Of a stretch of DNA of 64,000 nt, positions 1 to 11,000 are shown piece after piece (position 1 is the first letter of the stretch; every line of letters begins with the position of its first letter). Made by a program: the position numbers and the translations under genes. The notes under the pieces are model-generated. The model was not told the origin of the DNA, ran no database searches, and saw nothing but the letters and a program-made list of their open reading frames with translations. Source of the stretch: Auanema rhodensis (taxonomy: Eukaryota; Animalia; Nematoda); assembly GCA_964057225.1 (NCBI GenBank), contig OZ059895.1, positions 10,726,001 through 10,790,000 on the forward strand, written 5' to 3'.

Positions 1-75
1 AGTTAATGAACCTTCATGGCCCGGTTAGTAGTTGGATCGGAGACGGCTTGGGAATCCCGGGTGGTGTAAGCTTTT
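1..75 (+). pseudogene. 5S rRNA 3' fragment (nt ~50-119 plus terminator); representative copy, present in every monomer
   Basis: AGTTAATGAACCTTCATGGCCCGGTTAGTAGTTGGATCGGAGACGGCTTGGGAATCCCGGGTGGTGTAAGCTTTT aligns by eye to nematode 5S (recalled C. elegans AGTTAAGCAACGTTGAGTCCAGTTAGTACTTGGATCGGAGACGGCCTGGGAATCCTGGATGTTGTAAGCTTTT). Confidence 0.92.
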
Positions 76-83
76 CAAATTTT

Positions 84-125
84 TTTAACAATCATAACAC
101 GTTGAAAGTACGCCATGCAGCTGAT
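84..125 (+). pseudogene. 5S rRNA 5' fragment (nt ~1-43); representative copy, present in every monomer
   Basis: ACAATCATAACACGTTGAAAGTACGCCAT versus recalled C. elegans 5S nt 5-33 ACGACCATATCACGTTGAATGCACGCCAT gives 24/29 identity by eye. It continues GCAGCTGAT versus CCCGTCCGAT. Confidence 0.85.
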
Positions 126-246
126 TTTCAATTTTATCTCTTCCGTAACAAATTTATTCAATTTTCAAGCAGTTTTACTTAGACAGCTCAAACCACGGCA
201 GCAAAATATCTTTAATCTTGATTCTATATTACAACTATGAACCAGT
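126..246 (+). other. ~120 bp AT-rich non-5S segment of the monomer (insertion or former spacer); representative copy
   Basis: Lies between the 5S 5' fragment and the box A region, with no recognisable 5S similarity. Contains TTTTCAATTTT sub-repeats and a near-invariant GGCAGCAA. Confidence 0.8.
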
Positions 247-316
247 AGGTAATGAACCTCCATGGCCGGTTAGTAGTTGGATCGCAGACGGCTTGGGAAT
301 CCCGGGTGGCGTAAGC

Positions 317-331
317 TTTTCAAATTTTTTT
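317..331 (+). terminator. Pol III-type oligo(T) terminator (TTTT then T6-7) after the 5S 3' end; representative copy
   Basis: GTAAGC-TTTT-CAAA-TTTTTTT, exactly where a 5S gene terminates. Confidence 0.65.
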
Positions 332-399
332 AACAATCATAACACGTTAAAAGTACGCCATGCAGCTGATTTTTAATTTTGTCTCTTCCGTAACAAATT

Positions 400-3300
400 T
401 ATTCAATTTTCAAGCAGTTTTACTTAGACAGCTCAAACCACGGCAGCAAATTATCTTCAATCTTATTTCTATATTACAGTTATGAACCAGTAGTTAATGA
501 ACCTTCATGGCCCGGTTAGTAGTTGGATCGGAGACGGCTTTGGGAATCCCGGATGGCGTAAGCTTTTCAAATCTTTTCAACAATCATAACACGTTAAAAG
601 TACGCCATGCAGCTGATTTTTAATTTTGTCTCTTCCGTAACAAATTTATTCAATTTTCAAGCAGTTTTACTTAGATAGCTCAAACCACGGCAGCAAATTA
701 TCTTCAATCTTATTTCTATATTACAGTTATGAACGAGTAGTTAATGAACCTTCATGGCCCGGTTAGTAGTTGGATCGGAGACGGCTTGAGAATCCCGGGT
801 GGCGTATGCTTTTCAAATTTTTTTAACAATCATAACACGTTAAAAGTGCGCCATGCAGCTGATTTTCAATTTTATCTCTTCCGTAATAAATGTTTTCATT
901 TTTCAAGCAGTCTTACTTAGATAGCAAAACCCAAGGCAGCAATATATCTTTAGTCTTGATTCTATATTACAGCTATGAACCAGTAGTTAATGAACCTCCA
1001 TGGCCGGTTAGTAGTTGGATCGCAGACGGCTTGGGAATCCCGGGTGGCGTAAGCTTTTCAAATTTTTTTAACAATCATAACACGTTAAAAGTACGCCATG
1101 CAGCTGATTTTTAATTTTGTCTCTTCCGTAACAAATTTATTCAATTTTCAAGCAGTTTTACTTAGACAGCTCAAACCACGGCAGCAAATTATCTTCAATC
1201 TTATTTCTATATTACAGTTATGAACCAGTAGTTAATGAACCTTCATGGCCCGGTTAGTAGTTGGATCGGAGACGGCTTTGGGAATCCCGGATGGCGTAAG
1301 CTTTTCAAATCTTTTCAACAATCATAACACGTTAAAAGTACGTCATGCAGCTGATTTTTAATTTTGTCTCTTCCGTAACAAATTTATTCAATTTTCAAGC
1401 AGTTTTACTTAGATAGCTCAAACCACGGCAGCAAATTATCTTCAATCTTATTTCTATATTACAGTTATGAACGAGTAGTTAATGAACCTTCATGGCCCGG
1501 TTAGTAGTTGGATCGGAGACGGCTTGAGAATCCCGGGTGGCGTATGCTTTTCAAATTTTTTTAACAATCATAACACGTTAAAAGTGCGCCATGCAGCTGA
1601 TTTTCAATTTTATCTCTTCCGTAATAAATGTTTTCAATTTTCAAGCAGTCTTACTTAGATAGCAAAACCCAAGGCAGCAAATTATCTTTAATCTTGATTC
1701 TATATTACAACTATGAACCAGTAGGTAATGAACCTCCATGGCCGGTTAGTAGTTGGATCGGAGACGGCTGGGGAATCCCGGGTGGCGTAAGCTTTTCAAA
1801 TTTTTTAACAATCATAACACGTTGAAAATACGCCATGTAGCTGATTTTTAATTTTATCTCTTCCGTAACAAATGTTTCCAATTTTCAAGCAGTTTTACTT
1901 AGATAGCTCAACCCAAGGCAGCAAATTATCTTTAGTCTTATTTCTATATTACAGTTATGAACCAGTAGTTAATGAACCTTCATGGCCCGGTTAGTAGTTG
2001 GATCGGAGACGGCTTTGGGAATCCCGGATGGCGTAAGCTTTTCAAATCTTTTCAACAATCATAACACGTTAAAAGTACGCCATGCAGCTGATTTTTAATT
2101 TTGTCTCTTCCGTAACAAATTTATTCAATTTTCAAGCAGTTTTACTTAGATAGCTCAAACCACGGCAGCAAATTATCTTCAATCTTATTTCTATATTACA
2201 GTTATGAACGAGTAGTTAATGAACCTTCATGGCCCGGTTAGTAGTTGGATCGGAGACGGCTTGAGAATCCCGGGTGGCGTATGCTTTTCAAATTTTTTTA
2301 ACAATCATAACACGTTAAAAGTGCGCCATGCAGCTGATTTTCAATTTTATCTCTTCCGTAATAAATGTTTTCAATTTTCAAGCAGTCTTACTTAGATAGC
2401 AAAACCCAAGGCAGCAAATTATCTTTAATCTTGATTCTATATTACAACTATGAACCAGTAGGTAATGAACCTCCATGGCCGGTTAGTAGTTGGATAGGAG
2501 ACGGCTGGGGAATCCCGGGTGGCGTAAGCTTTTCAAATTTTTTTAACAATCATAACACGTTAAAAGTACGCCATGCAGCTGATTTTTAATTTTGTCTCTT
2601 CCGTAACAAATTTATTCAATTTTCAAGCAGTTTTACTTAGACAGCTCAAACCACGGCAGCAAATTATCTTCAATCTTATTTCTATATTACAGTTATGAAC
2701 CAGTAGTTAATGAACCTCCATGGCCCGGTTAGTAGTTGGATCGGAGACGGCTTTGGGAATCCCGGATGGCGTAAGCTTTTCAAATCTTTTCAACAATCAT
2801 AACACGTTAAAAGTACGCCATGCAGCTGATTTTTAATTTTGTCTCTTCCGTAACAAATTTATTCAATTTTCAAGCAGTTTTACTTAGATAGCTCAAACCA
2901 CGGCAGCAAATTATCTTCAATCTTATTTCTATATTACAGTTATGAACGAGTAGTTAATGAACCTTCATGGCCCGGTTAGTAGTTGCATCGGAGACGGCTT
3001 GAGAATCCCGGGTGGCGTATGCTTTTCAAATTTTTTTAACAATCATAACACGTTAAAAGTGCGCCATGCAGCTGATTTTCAATTTTATCTCTTCCGTAAT
3101 AAATGTTTTCAATTTTCAAGAAATCTTACTTAGATAGCAAAACCCAAGGCAGCAAATTATCTTTAATCTTGATTCTATATTACAACTATGAACCAGTAGG
3201 TAATGAACCTCCATGGCCGGTTAGTAGTTGGATCGGAGACGGCTGGGGAATCCCGGGTGGCGTAAGCTTTTCAAATTTTTTAACAATCATAACACGTTGA

Positions 3301-4800
3301 AAATACGCCATGTAGCTGATTTTTAATTTTATCTCTTCCGTAACAAATTTATTCAATTTTCAAGCAGTTTTACTTAGACAGCTCAAACCACGGCAGCAAA
3401 TTATCTTCAATCTTATTTCTATATTACAGTTATGAACCAGTAGTTAATGAACCTCCATGGCCCGGTTAGTAGTTGGATCGGAGACGGCTTTGGGAATCCC
3501 GGATGGCGTAAGCTTTTCAAATCTTTTCAACAATCATAACACGTTAAAAGTACGCCATGCAGCTGATTTTTAATTTTGTCTCTTCCGTAACAAATTTATT
3601 CAATTTTCAAGCAGTTTTACTTAGATAGCTCAAACCACGGCAGCAAATTATCTTCAATCTTATTTCTATATTACAGTTATGAACGAGTAGTTAATGAACC
3701 TTCATGGCCCGGTTAGTAGTTGCATCGGAGACGGCTTGAGAATCCCGGGTGGCGTATGCTTTTCAAATTTTTTTAACAATCATAACACGTTAAAAGTGCG
3801 CCATGCAGCTGATTTTCAATTTTATCTCTTCCGTAATAAATGTTTTCAATTTTCAAGAAGTCTTACTTAGATAGCAAAACCCAAGGCAGCAAATTATCTT
3901 TAATCTTGATTCTATATTACAACTATGAACCAGTAGGTAATGAACCTCCATGGCCGGTTAGTAGTTGGATCGGAGACGGCTGGGGAATCCCGGGTGGCGT
4001 AAGCTTTTCAAATTTTTTAACAATCATAACACGTTGAAAATACGCCATGTAGCTGATTTTTAATTTTATCTCTTCCGTAACAAATGTTTCCAATTTTCAA
4101 GCAGTTTTACTTAGATAGCTCAACCCAAGGCAGCAAATTATCTTTAGTCTTATTTCTATATTACAGTTATGAACCAGTAGTTAATGAACCTCCATGGCCG
4201 GTTAGTAGTTGGATCGGAGACGGCTTTGGGAATCCCGGATGGCGTAAGCTTTTCAAATTTTTTTAACAATCATAACACGTTAAAAGTACGCCATGCAGCT
4301 GATTTTTAATTTTGTCTCTTCCGTAACAAATTTATTCAATTTTCGAGCAGTTTTACTTAGATAGCTCAAACCACGGCAGCAAATTATCTTCAATCTTATT
4401 TCTATATTACAGTTATGAACCAGTAGTTAATGAACCTTCATGGCCCGGTTAGTAGTTGGATCGGAGACGGCTTGAGAATCCCGGGTGGCGTATGCTTTTC
4501 AAATTTTTTTAACAATCATAACACGTTAAAAGTGCGCCATGCAGCTGATTTTCAATTTTATCTCTTCCGTAATAAATGTTTTCAATTTTCAAGCAGTCTT
4601 ACTTAGATAGCAAAACCCAAGGCAGCAAATTATCTTTAATCTTGATTCTATATTACAACTATGAACCAGTAGGTAATGAACCTCCATGGCCGGTTAGTAG
4701 TTGGATCGGAGACGGCTGGGGAATCCCGGGTGGCGTAAGCTTTTCAAATTTTTTAACAATCATAACACGTTGAAAATACGCCATGTAGCTGATTTTTAAT
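400..4800 (+). repeat. 3-monomer higher-order repeat (736-738 bp period), imperfect
   Basis: Equivalent ORF starts at 890, 1628, 2365, 3103, 3840 and 4576. The GAGAAT/GCGTATGC/AAGTGCG monomer recurs every third unit. Confidence 0.85.
492..543 (+). promoter_or_regulatory. Degenerate type 1 Pol III internal control region (box A - intermediate element - box C); representative copy
   Basis: AGTTAA at the +50 equivalent, GCCCGG at the intermediate element position and TGGATCGGAGACGGC as box C, collinear as in 5S genes apart from a 1-2 nt insertion. The 3' half of box A is diverged and function is unproven. Confidence 0.55.
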
Positions 4801-6560
4801 TTTATCTCTTCCGTAACAAATGTTTCCAATTTTCAAGCAGTTTTACTTAGATAGCTCAACCCAAGGCAGCAAATTATCTTTAGTCTTATTTCTATATTAC
4901 AGTTATGAACCAGTAGTTAATGAACCTTCATGGCCCGGTTAGTAGTTGGATCGGAGACGGCTTGAGAATCCCGGGTGGCGTATGCTTTTCAAATTTTTTT
5001 AACAATCATAACACGTTGAAAGTACGCCATGCAGCTGATTTTCAATTTTATCTCTTCCGTAATAAATGTTTTCAATTTTCAAGCAGTCTTACTTAGATAG
5101 CAAAACCCAAGGCAGCAAATTATCTTTAATCTTGATTCTATATTACAGCTATGAACCAGTAGGTAATGAACCTCCATGGCCGGTTAGTAGTTGGATCGGA
5201 GACGGCTTTGGGAATCCCGGATGGCGTAAGCTTTTCAAATCTTTTCAACAATCATAACACGTTAAAAGTACGCCATGCAGCTGATTTTTAATTTTGCCTC
5301 TTCCGTAACAAATTTATTCAATTTTCAAGCAGTTTTACTTAGATAGCTCAACCCAAGGCAGCAAATTATCTTTAGTCTTATTTCTATATTACAGTTATGA
5401 ACCAGTAGTTAATGAACCTCCATGGCCGGTTAGTAGTTGGATCGGAGACGGCTTTGGGAATCCCGGATGGCGTAAGCTTTTCAAATCTTTTCAACAATCA
5501 TAACACGTTAAAAGTACGCCATGCAGCTGATTTTTAATTTTGTCTCTTCCGTAACAAATTTATTCAATTTTCGAGCAGTTTTACTTAGATAGCTCAAACC
5601 ACGGCAGCAAATTATCTTCAATCTTATTTCTATATTACAGTTATGAACCAGTAGTTAATGAACCTTCATGGCCCGGTTAGTAGTTGGATCGGAGACGGCT
5701 TGAGAGTTCCGGGTGGCGTATGCTTTTCAAATTTTTTTAACAATCATAACACGTTAAAAGTGCGCCATGCAGCTGATTTTCAATTTTATCTCTTCCGTAA
5801 TAAATGTTTTCAATTTTCAAGCAGTCTTACTTAGATAGCAAAACCCAAGGCAGCAAATTATCTTTAATCTTGATTCTATATTACAACTATGAACCAGTAG
5901 GTAATGAACCTCCATGGCCGGTTAGTAGTTGGATCGGAGACGGCTGGGGAATCCCGGGTGGCGTAAGCTTTTCAAATTTTTTAACAATCATAACACGTTG
6001 AAAAGACGCCATGTAGCTGATTTTTAATTTTATCTCTTCCGTAACAAATGTTTCCAATTTTCAAGCAGTTTTACTTAGATAGCTCAACCCAAGGCAGCAA
6101 ATTATCTTTAGTCTTATTTCTATATTACAGTTATGAACCAGTAGTTAATGAACCTTCATGGCCCGGTTAGTAGTTGGATCGGAGACGGCTTGAGAATCCC
6201 GGGTGGCGTATGCTTTTCAAATTTTTTTAACAATCATAACACGTTGAAAGTACGCCATGCAGCTGATTTTCAATTTTATCTCTTCCGTAATAAATGTTTT
6301 CAATTTTCAAGCAGTCTTACTTAGATAGCAAAACCCAAGGCAGCAAATTATCTTTAATCTTGATTCTATATTACAGCTATGAACCAGTAGGTAATGAACC
6401 TCCATGGCCGGTTAGTAGTTGGATCGGAGACGGCTTTGGGAATCCCGGATGGCGTAAGCTTTTCAAATCTTTTCAACAATCATAACACGTTAAAAGTACG
6501 CCATGCAGCTGATTTTTAATTTTGCCTCTTCCGTAACAAATTTATTCAATTTTCAAGCAG
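4330..6560 (+). repeat. 5-monomer duplication (1228 bp period)
   Basis: ORF pairs 4576/5804 and 5066/6294. The rare TTTTGCCTC variant occurs at ~5296 and ~6524, and TTTCGAGC at ~4345 and ~5573. Confidence 0.75.
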
Positions 6561-8099
6561 TTTTACTTAGATAGCTCAAACCACGGCAGCAAATTATCTT
6601 CAATCTTATTTCTATATTACAGTTATGAACGAGTAGTTAATGAACCTTCATGGCCCGGTTAGTAGTTGGATCGGAGACGGCTTGAGAATCCCGGGTGGCG
6701 TATGCTTTTCAAATTTTTTTAACAATCATAACACGTTAAAAGTGCGCCATGCAGCTGATTTTCAATTTTATCTCTTCCGTAATAAATGTTTTCAATTTTC
6801 AAGCAGTCTTACTTAGATAGCAAAACCCAAGGCAGCAAATTATCTTTAATCTTGATTCTATATTACAACTATGAACCAGTAGGTAATGAACCTCCATGGC
6901 CGGTTAGTAGTTGGATCGGAGACGGCTGGGGAATCCCGGGTGGCGTAAGCTTTTCAAATTTTTTAACAATCATAACACGTTGAAAATACGCCATGTAGCT
7001 GATTTTTAATTTTATCTCTTCCGTAACAAATGTTTCCAATTTTCAAGCAGTTTTACTTAGATAGCTCAACCCAAGGCAGCAAATTATCTTTAGTCTTATT
7101 TCTATATTACAGTTATGAACCAGTAGTTAATGAACCTCCATGGCCGGTTAGTAGTTGGATCGGAGACGGCTTTGGGAATCCCGGATGGCGTAAGCTTTTC
7201 AAATCTTTTCAACAATCATAACACGTTAAAAGTACGCCATGCAGCTGATTTTTAATTTTGTCTCTTCCGTAACAAATTTATTCAATTTTCGAGCAGTTTT
7301 ACTTAGATAGCTCAAACCACGGCAGCAAATTATCTTCAATCTTATTTCTATATTACAGTTATGAACCAGTAGTTAATGAACCTTCATGGCCCGGTTAGTA
7401 CTTGGATCGGAGACGGCTTTGGGAATCCCGGATGGCGTAAGCTTTTCAAATCTTTTCAACAATCATAACACGTTAAAAGTACGCCATGCAGCTGATTTTT
7501 AATTTTGTCTCTTCCGTAATAAATGTTTTCAATTTTCAAGAAGTCTTACTTAGATAGCAAAACCCAAGGCAGCAAATTATCTTTAATCTTGATTCTATAT
7601 TACAACTATGAACCAGTAGGTAATGAACTTTCATGGCCCGGTTAGTAGTTGGATCGGAGACGGCTTGGGAATCCCGGATGGCGTAAACTTTTCAAATTTT
7701 TTTAACAATCATAACACGTTGAAAGTACGCCATGCAGCTGATTTTTAATTTTATCTCTTCCGTAACAAATGTTTCCAATTTTCAAGCAGTTTTACTTAGA
7801 TAGCTCAACCCAAGGCAGCAAAATATCTTTAATCTTATTTCTATATTACAGTTATGAACCAGTAGTTAATGAACCTTCATGGCCCGGTTAGTAGTTGGAT
7901 CGGAGACGGCTTGGGAATCCCGGGTGGCGTAAGCTTTTCAAATTTTTTTAACAATCATAACACGTTAAAAGTACGCCATGCAGCTGATTTTTAATTTTGT
8001 CTCTTCCGTAACAAATTTATTCAATTTTCAAGCAGTTTTACTTAGATAGCTCAAACCACGGCAGCAAATTATCTTCAATATTATTTCTATATTACAGTT

Positions 8100-11000
8100 A
8101 TGAACCAGTAGTTAATGAACTTTCATGGCCCGGTTAGTAGTTGGATCGGAGACGGCTTGGGAATCCCGGATGGCGTAAACTTTTCAAATTTTTTTAACAA
8201 TCATAACACGTTGAAAGTACGCCATGCAGCTGATTTTTAATTTTATCTCTTCCGTAACAAATGTTTCCAATTTTCAAGCAGTTTTACTTAGATAGCTCAA
8301 CCCAAGGCAGCAAAATATCTTTAATCTTATTTCTATATTACAGTTATGAACCAGTAGTTAATGAACCTTCATGGCCCGGTTAGTAGTTGGATCGGAGACG
8401 GCTTGGGAATCCCGGGTGGTGTAAGCTTTTCAAATTTTTTTAACAATCATAACACGTTGAAAGTACGCCATGCAGCTGATTTTCAATTTTATCTCTTCCG
8501 TAACAAATTTATTCAATTTTCAAGCAGTTTTACTTAGACAGCTCAAACCACGGCAGCAAAATATCTTTAATCTTGATTCTATATTACAACTATGAACCAG
8601 TAGGTAATGAACCTCCATGGCCGGTTAGTAGTTGGATCGCAGACGGCTTGGGAATCCCGGGTGGCGTAAGCTTTTCAAATTTTTTTAACAATCATAACAC
8701 GTTAAAAGTACGCCATGCAGCTGATTTTTAATTTTGTCTCTTCCGTAACAAATTTATTCAATTTTCAAGCAGTTTTACTTAGACAGCTCAAACCACGGCA
8801 GCAAATTATCTTCAATCTTATTTCTATATTACAGTTATGAACCAGTAGTTAATGAACCTTCATGGCCCGGTTAGTAGTTGGATCGGAGACGGCTTTGGGA
8901 ATCCCGGATGGCGTAAGCTTTTCAAATCTTTTCAACAATCATAACACGTTAAAAGTACGCCATGCAGCTGATTTTCAATTTTATCTCTTCCGTAACAAAT
9001 TTATTCAATTTTCAAGCAGTTTTACTTAGATAGCTCAAACCACGGCAGCAAAATATCTTTAATCTTGATTCTATATTACAACTATGAACCAGTAGGTAAT
9101 GAACCTCCATGGCCGGTTAGTAGTTGGATCGCAGACGGCTTGGGAATCCCGGGTGGCGTAAGCTTTTCAAATTTTTTTAACAATCATAACACGTTAAAAG
9201 TACGCCATGCAGCTGATTTTTAATTTTGTCTCTTCCGTAACAAATTTATTCAATTTTCAAGCAGTTTTACTTAGACAGCTCAAACCACGGCAGCAAATTA
9301 TCTTTAGTCTTATTTCTATATTACAGTTATGAACCAGTAGTTAATGAACCTCCATGGCCGGTTAGTAGTTGGATCGCAGACGGCTTGGAAATCCCGGGTG
9401 GCGTAAGCTTTTCAAATTTTTTTAACAATCATAACACGTTAAAAGTACGCCATGCAGCTGATTTTTAATTTTGTCTCTTCCGTAACAAATTTATTCAATT
9501 TTCAAGCAGTTTTACTTAGACAGCTCAAACCACGGCAGCAAATTATCTTCAATCTTATTTCTATATTACAGTTATGAACCAGTAGTTAATGAACCTTCAT
9601 GGCCCGGTTAGTAGTTGGATCGGAGACGGCTTTGGGAATCCCGGATGGCGTAAGCTTTTCAAATCTTTTCAACAATCATAACACGTTGAAAATACGCCAT
9701 GCAGCTGATTTTTAATTTTGTCTCTTCCGTAACAAATTTATTCAATTTTCAAGCAGTTTTACTTAGATAGCTCAAACCACGGCAGCAAATTATCTTCAAT
9801 CTTATTTCTATATTACAGTTATGAACGAGTAGTTAATGAACCTTCATGGCCCGGTTAGTAGTTGGATCGGAGACGGCTTGACAATCCCGGGTGGCGTAAG
9901 CTTTTCAAATTTTTTTAACAATCATAACACGTTAAAAGTGCGCCATGCAGCTGATTTTCAATTTTATCTCTTCCGTAATAAATGTTTTCAATTTTCAAGC
10001 AGTCTTACTTAGATAGCAAAACCCAAGGCAGCAAATTATCTTTAATCTTGATTCTATATTACAACTATGAACCAGTAGTTAATGAACTTTCATGGCCCGG
10101 TTAGTAGTTGGATCGGAGACGGCTTGGGAATCCCGGATGGCGTAAACTTTTCAAATTTTTTTAACAATCATAACACGTTGAAAGTACGCCATGCAGCTGA
10201 TTTTTAATTTTATCTCTTCCGTAACAAATGTTTCCAATTTTCAAGCAGTTTTACTTAGATAGCTCAACCCAAGGCAGCAAAATATCTTTAATCTTATTTC
10301 TATATTACAGTTATGAACCAGTAGTTAATGAACCTTCATGGCCCGGTTAGTAGTTGGATCGGAGACGGCTTGGGAATCCCGGGTGGTGTAAGCTTTTCAA
10401 ATTTTTTTAACAATCATAACACGTTGAAAGTACGCCATGCAGCTGATTTTCAATTTTATCTCTTCCGTAACAAATTTATTCAATTTTCAAGCAGTTTTAC
10501 TTAGACAGCTCAAACCACGGCAGCAAAATATCTTTAATCTTGATTCTATATTACAACTATGAACCAGTAGGTAATGAACCTCCATGGCCGGTTAGTAGTT
10601 GGATCGCAGACGGCTTGGGAATCCCGGGTGGCGTAAGCTTTTCAAATTTTTTTAACAATCATAACACGTTAAAAGTACGCCATGCAGCTGATTTTTAATT
10701 TTGTCTCTTCCGTAACAAATTTATTCAATTTTCAAGCAGTTTTACTTAGACAGCTCAAACCACGGCAGCAAATTATCTTCAATCTTATTTCTATATTACA
10801 GTTATGAACCAGTAGTTAATGAACCTTCATGGCCCGGTTAGTAGTTGGATCGGAGACGGCTTTGGGAATCCCGGATGGCGTAAGCTTTTCAAATCTTTTC
10901 AACAATCATAACACGTTAAAAGTACGCCATGCAGCTGATTTTCAATTTTATCTCTTCCGTAACAAATTTATTCAATTTTCAAGCAGTTTTACTTAGATAG

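Noticed and set aside
18-75. tRNA-derived element or SINE3/Cassandra mobile element
   Set aside because: There is no B box or cloverleaf and no LTR, tail or element boundary. The GC-rich tract is explained by 5S.
138-156. CENP-B box-like motif (CTTCCGTAACAAAT)
   Set aside because: It lacks the required TTCG....A..CGGG core.
175-210. Spliced leader SL1 remnant (nematode 5S is often linked to SL1): CTCAAAC and ACCCAAG, plus Sm-site-like AATTTTG elsewhere in the monomer
   Set aside because: Only 7-bp matches, on inconsistent strands, in AT-rich DNA; the 22-nt GGTTTAATTACCCAAGTTTGAG is absent. A cmsearch with SL RNA models would settle it.
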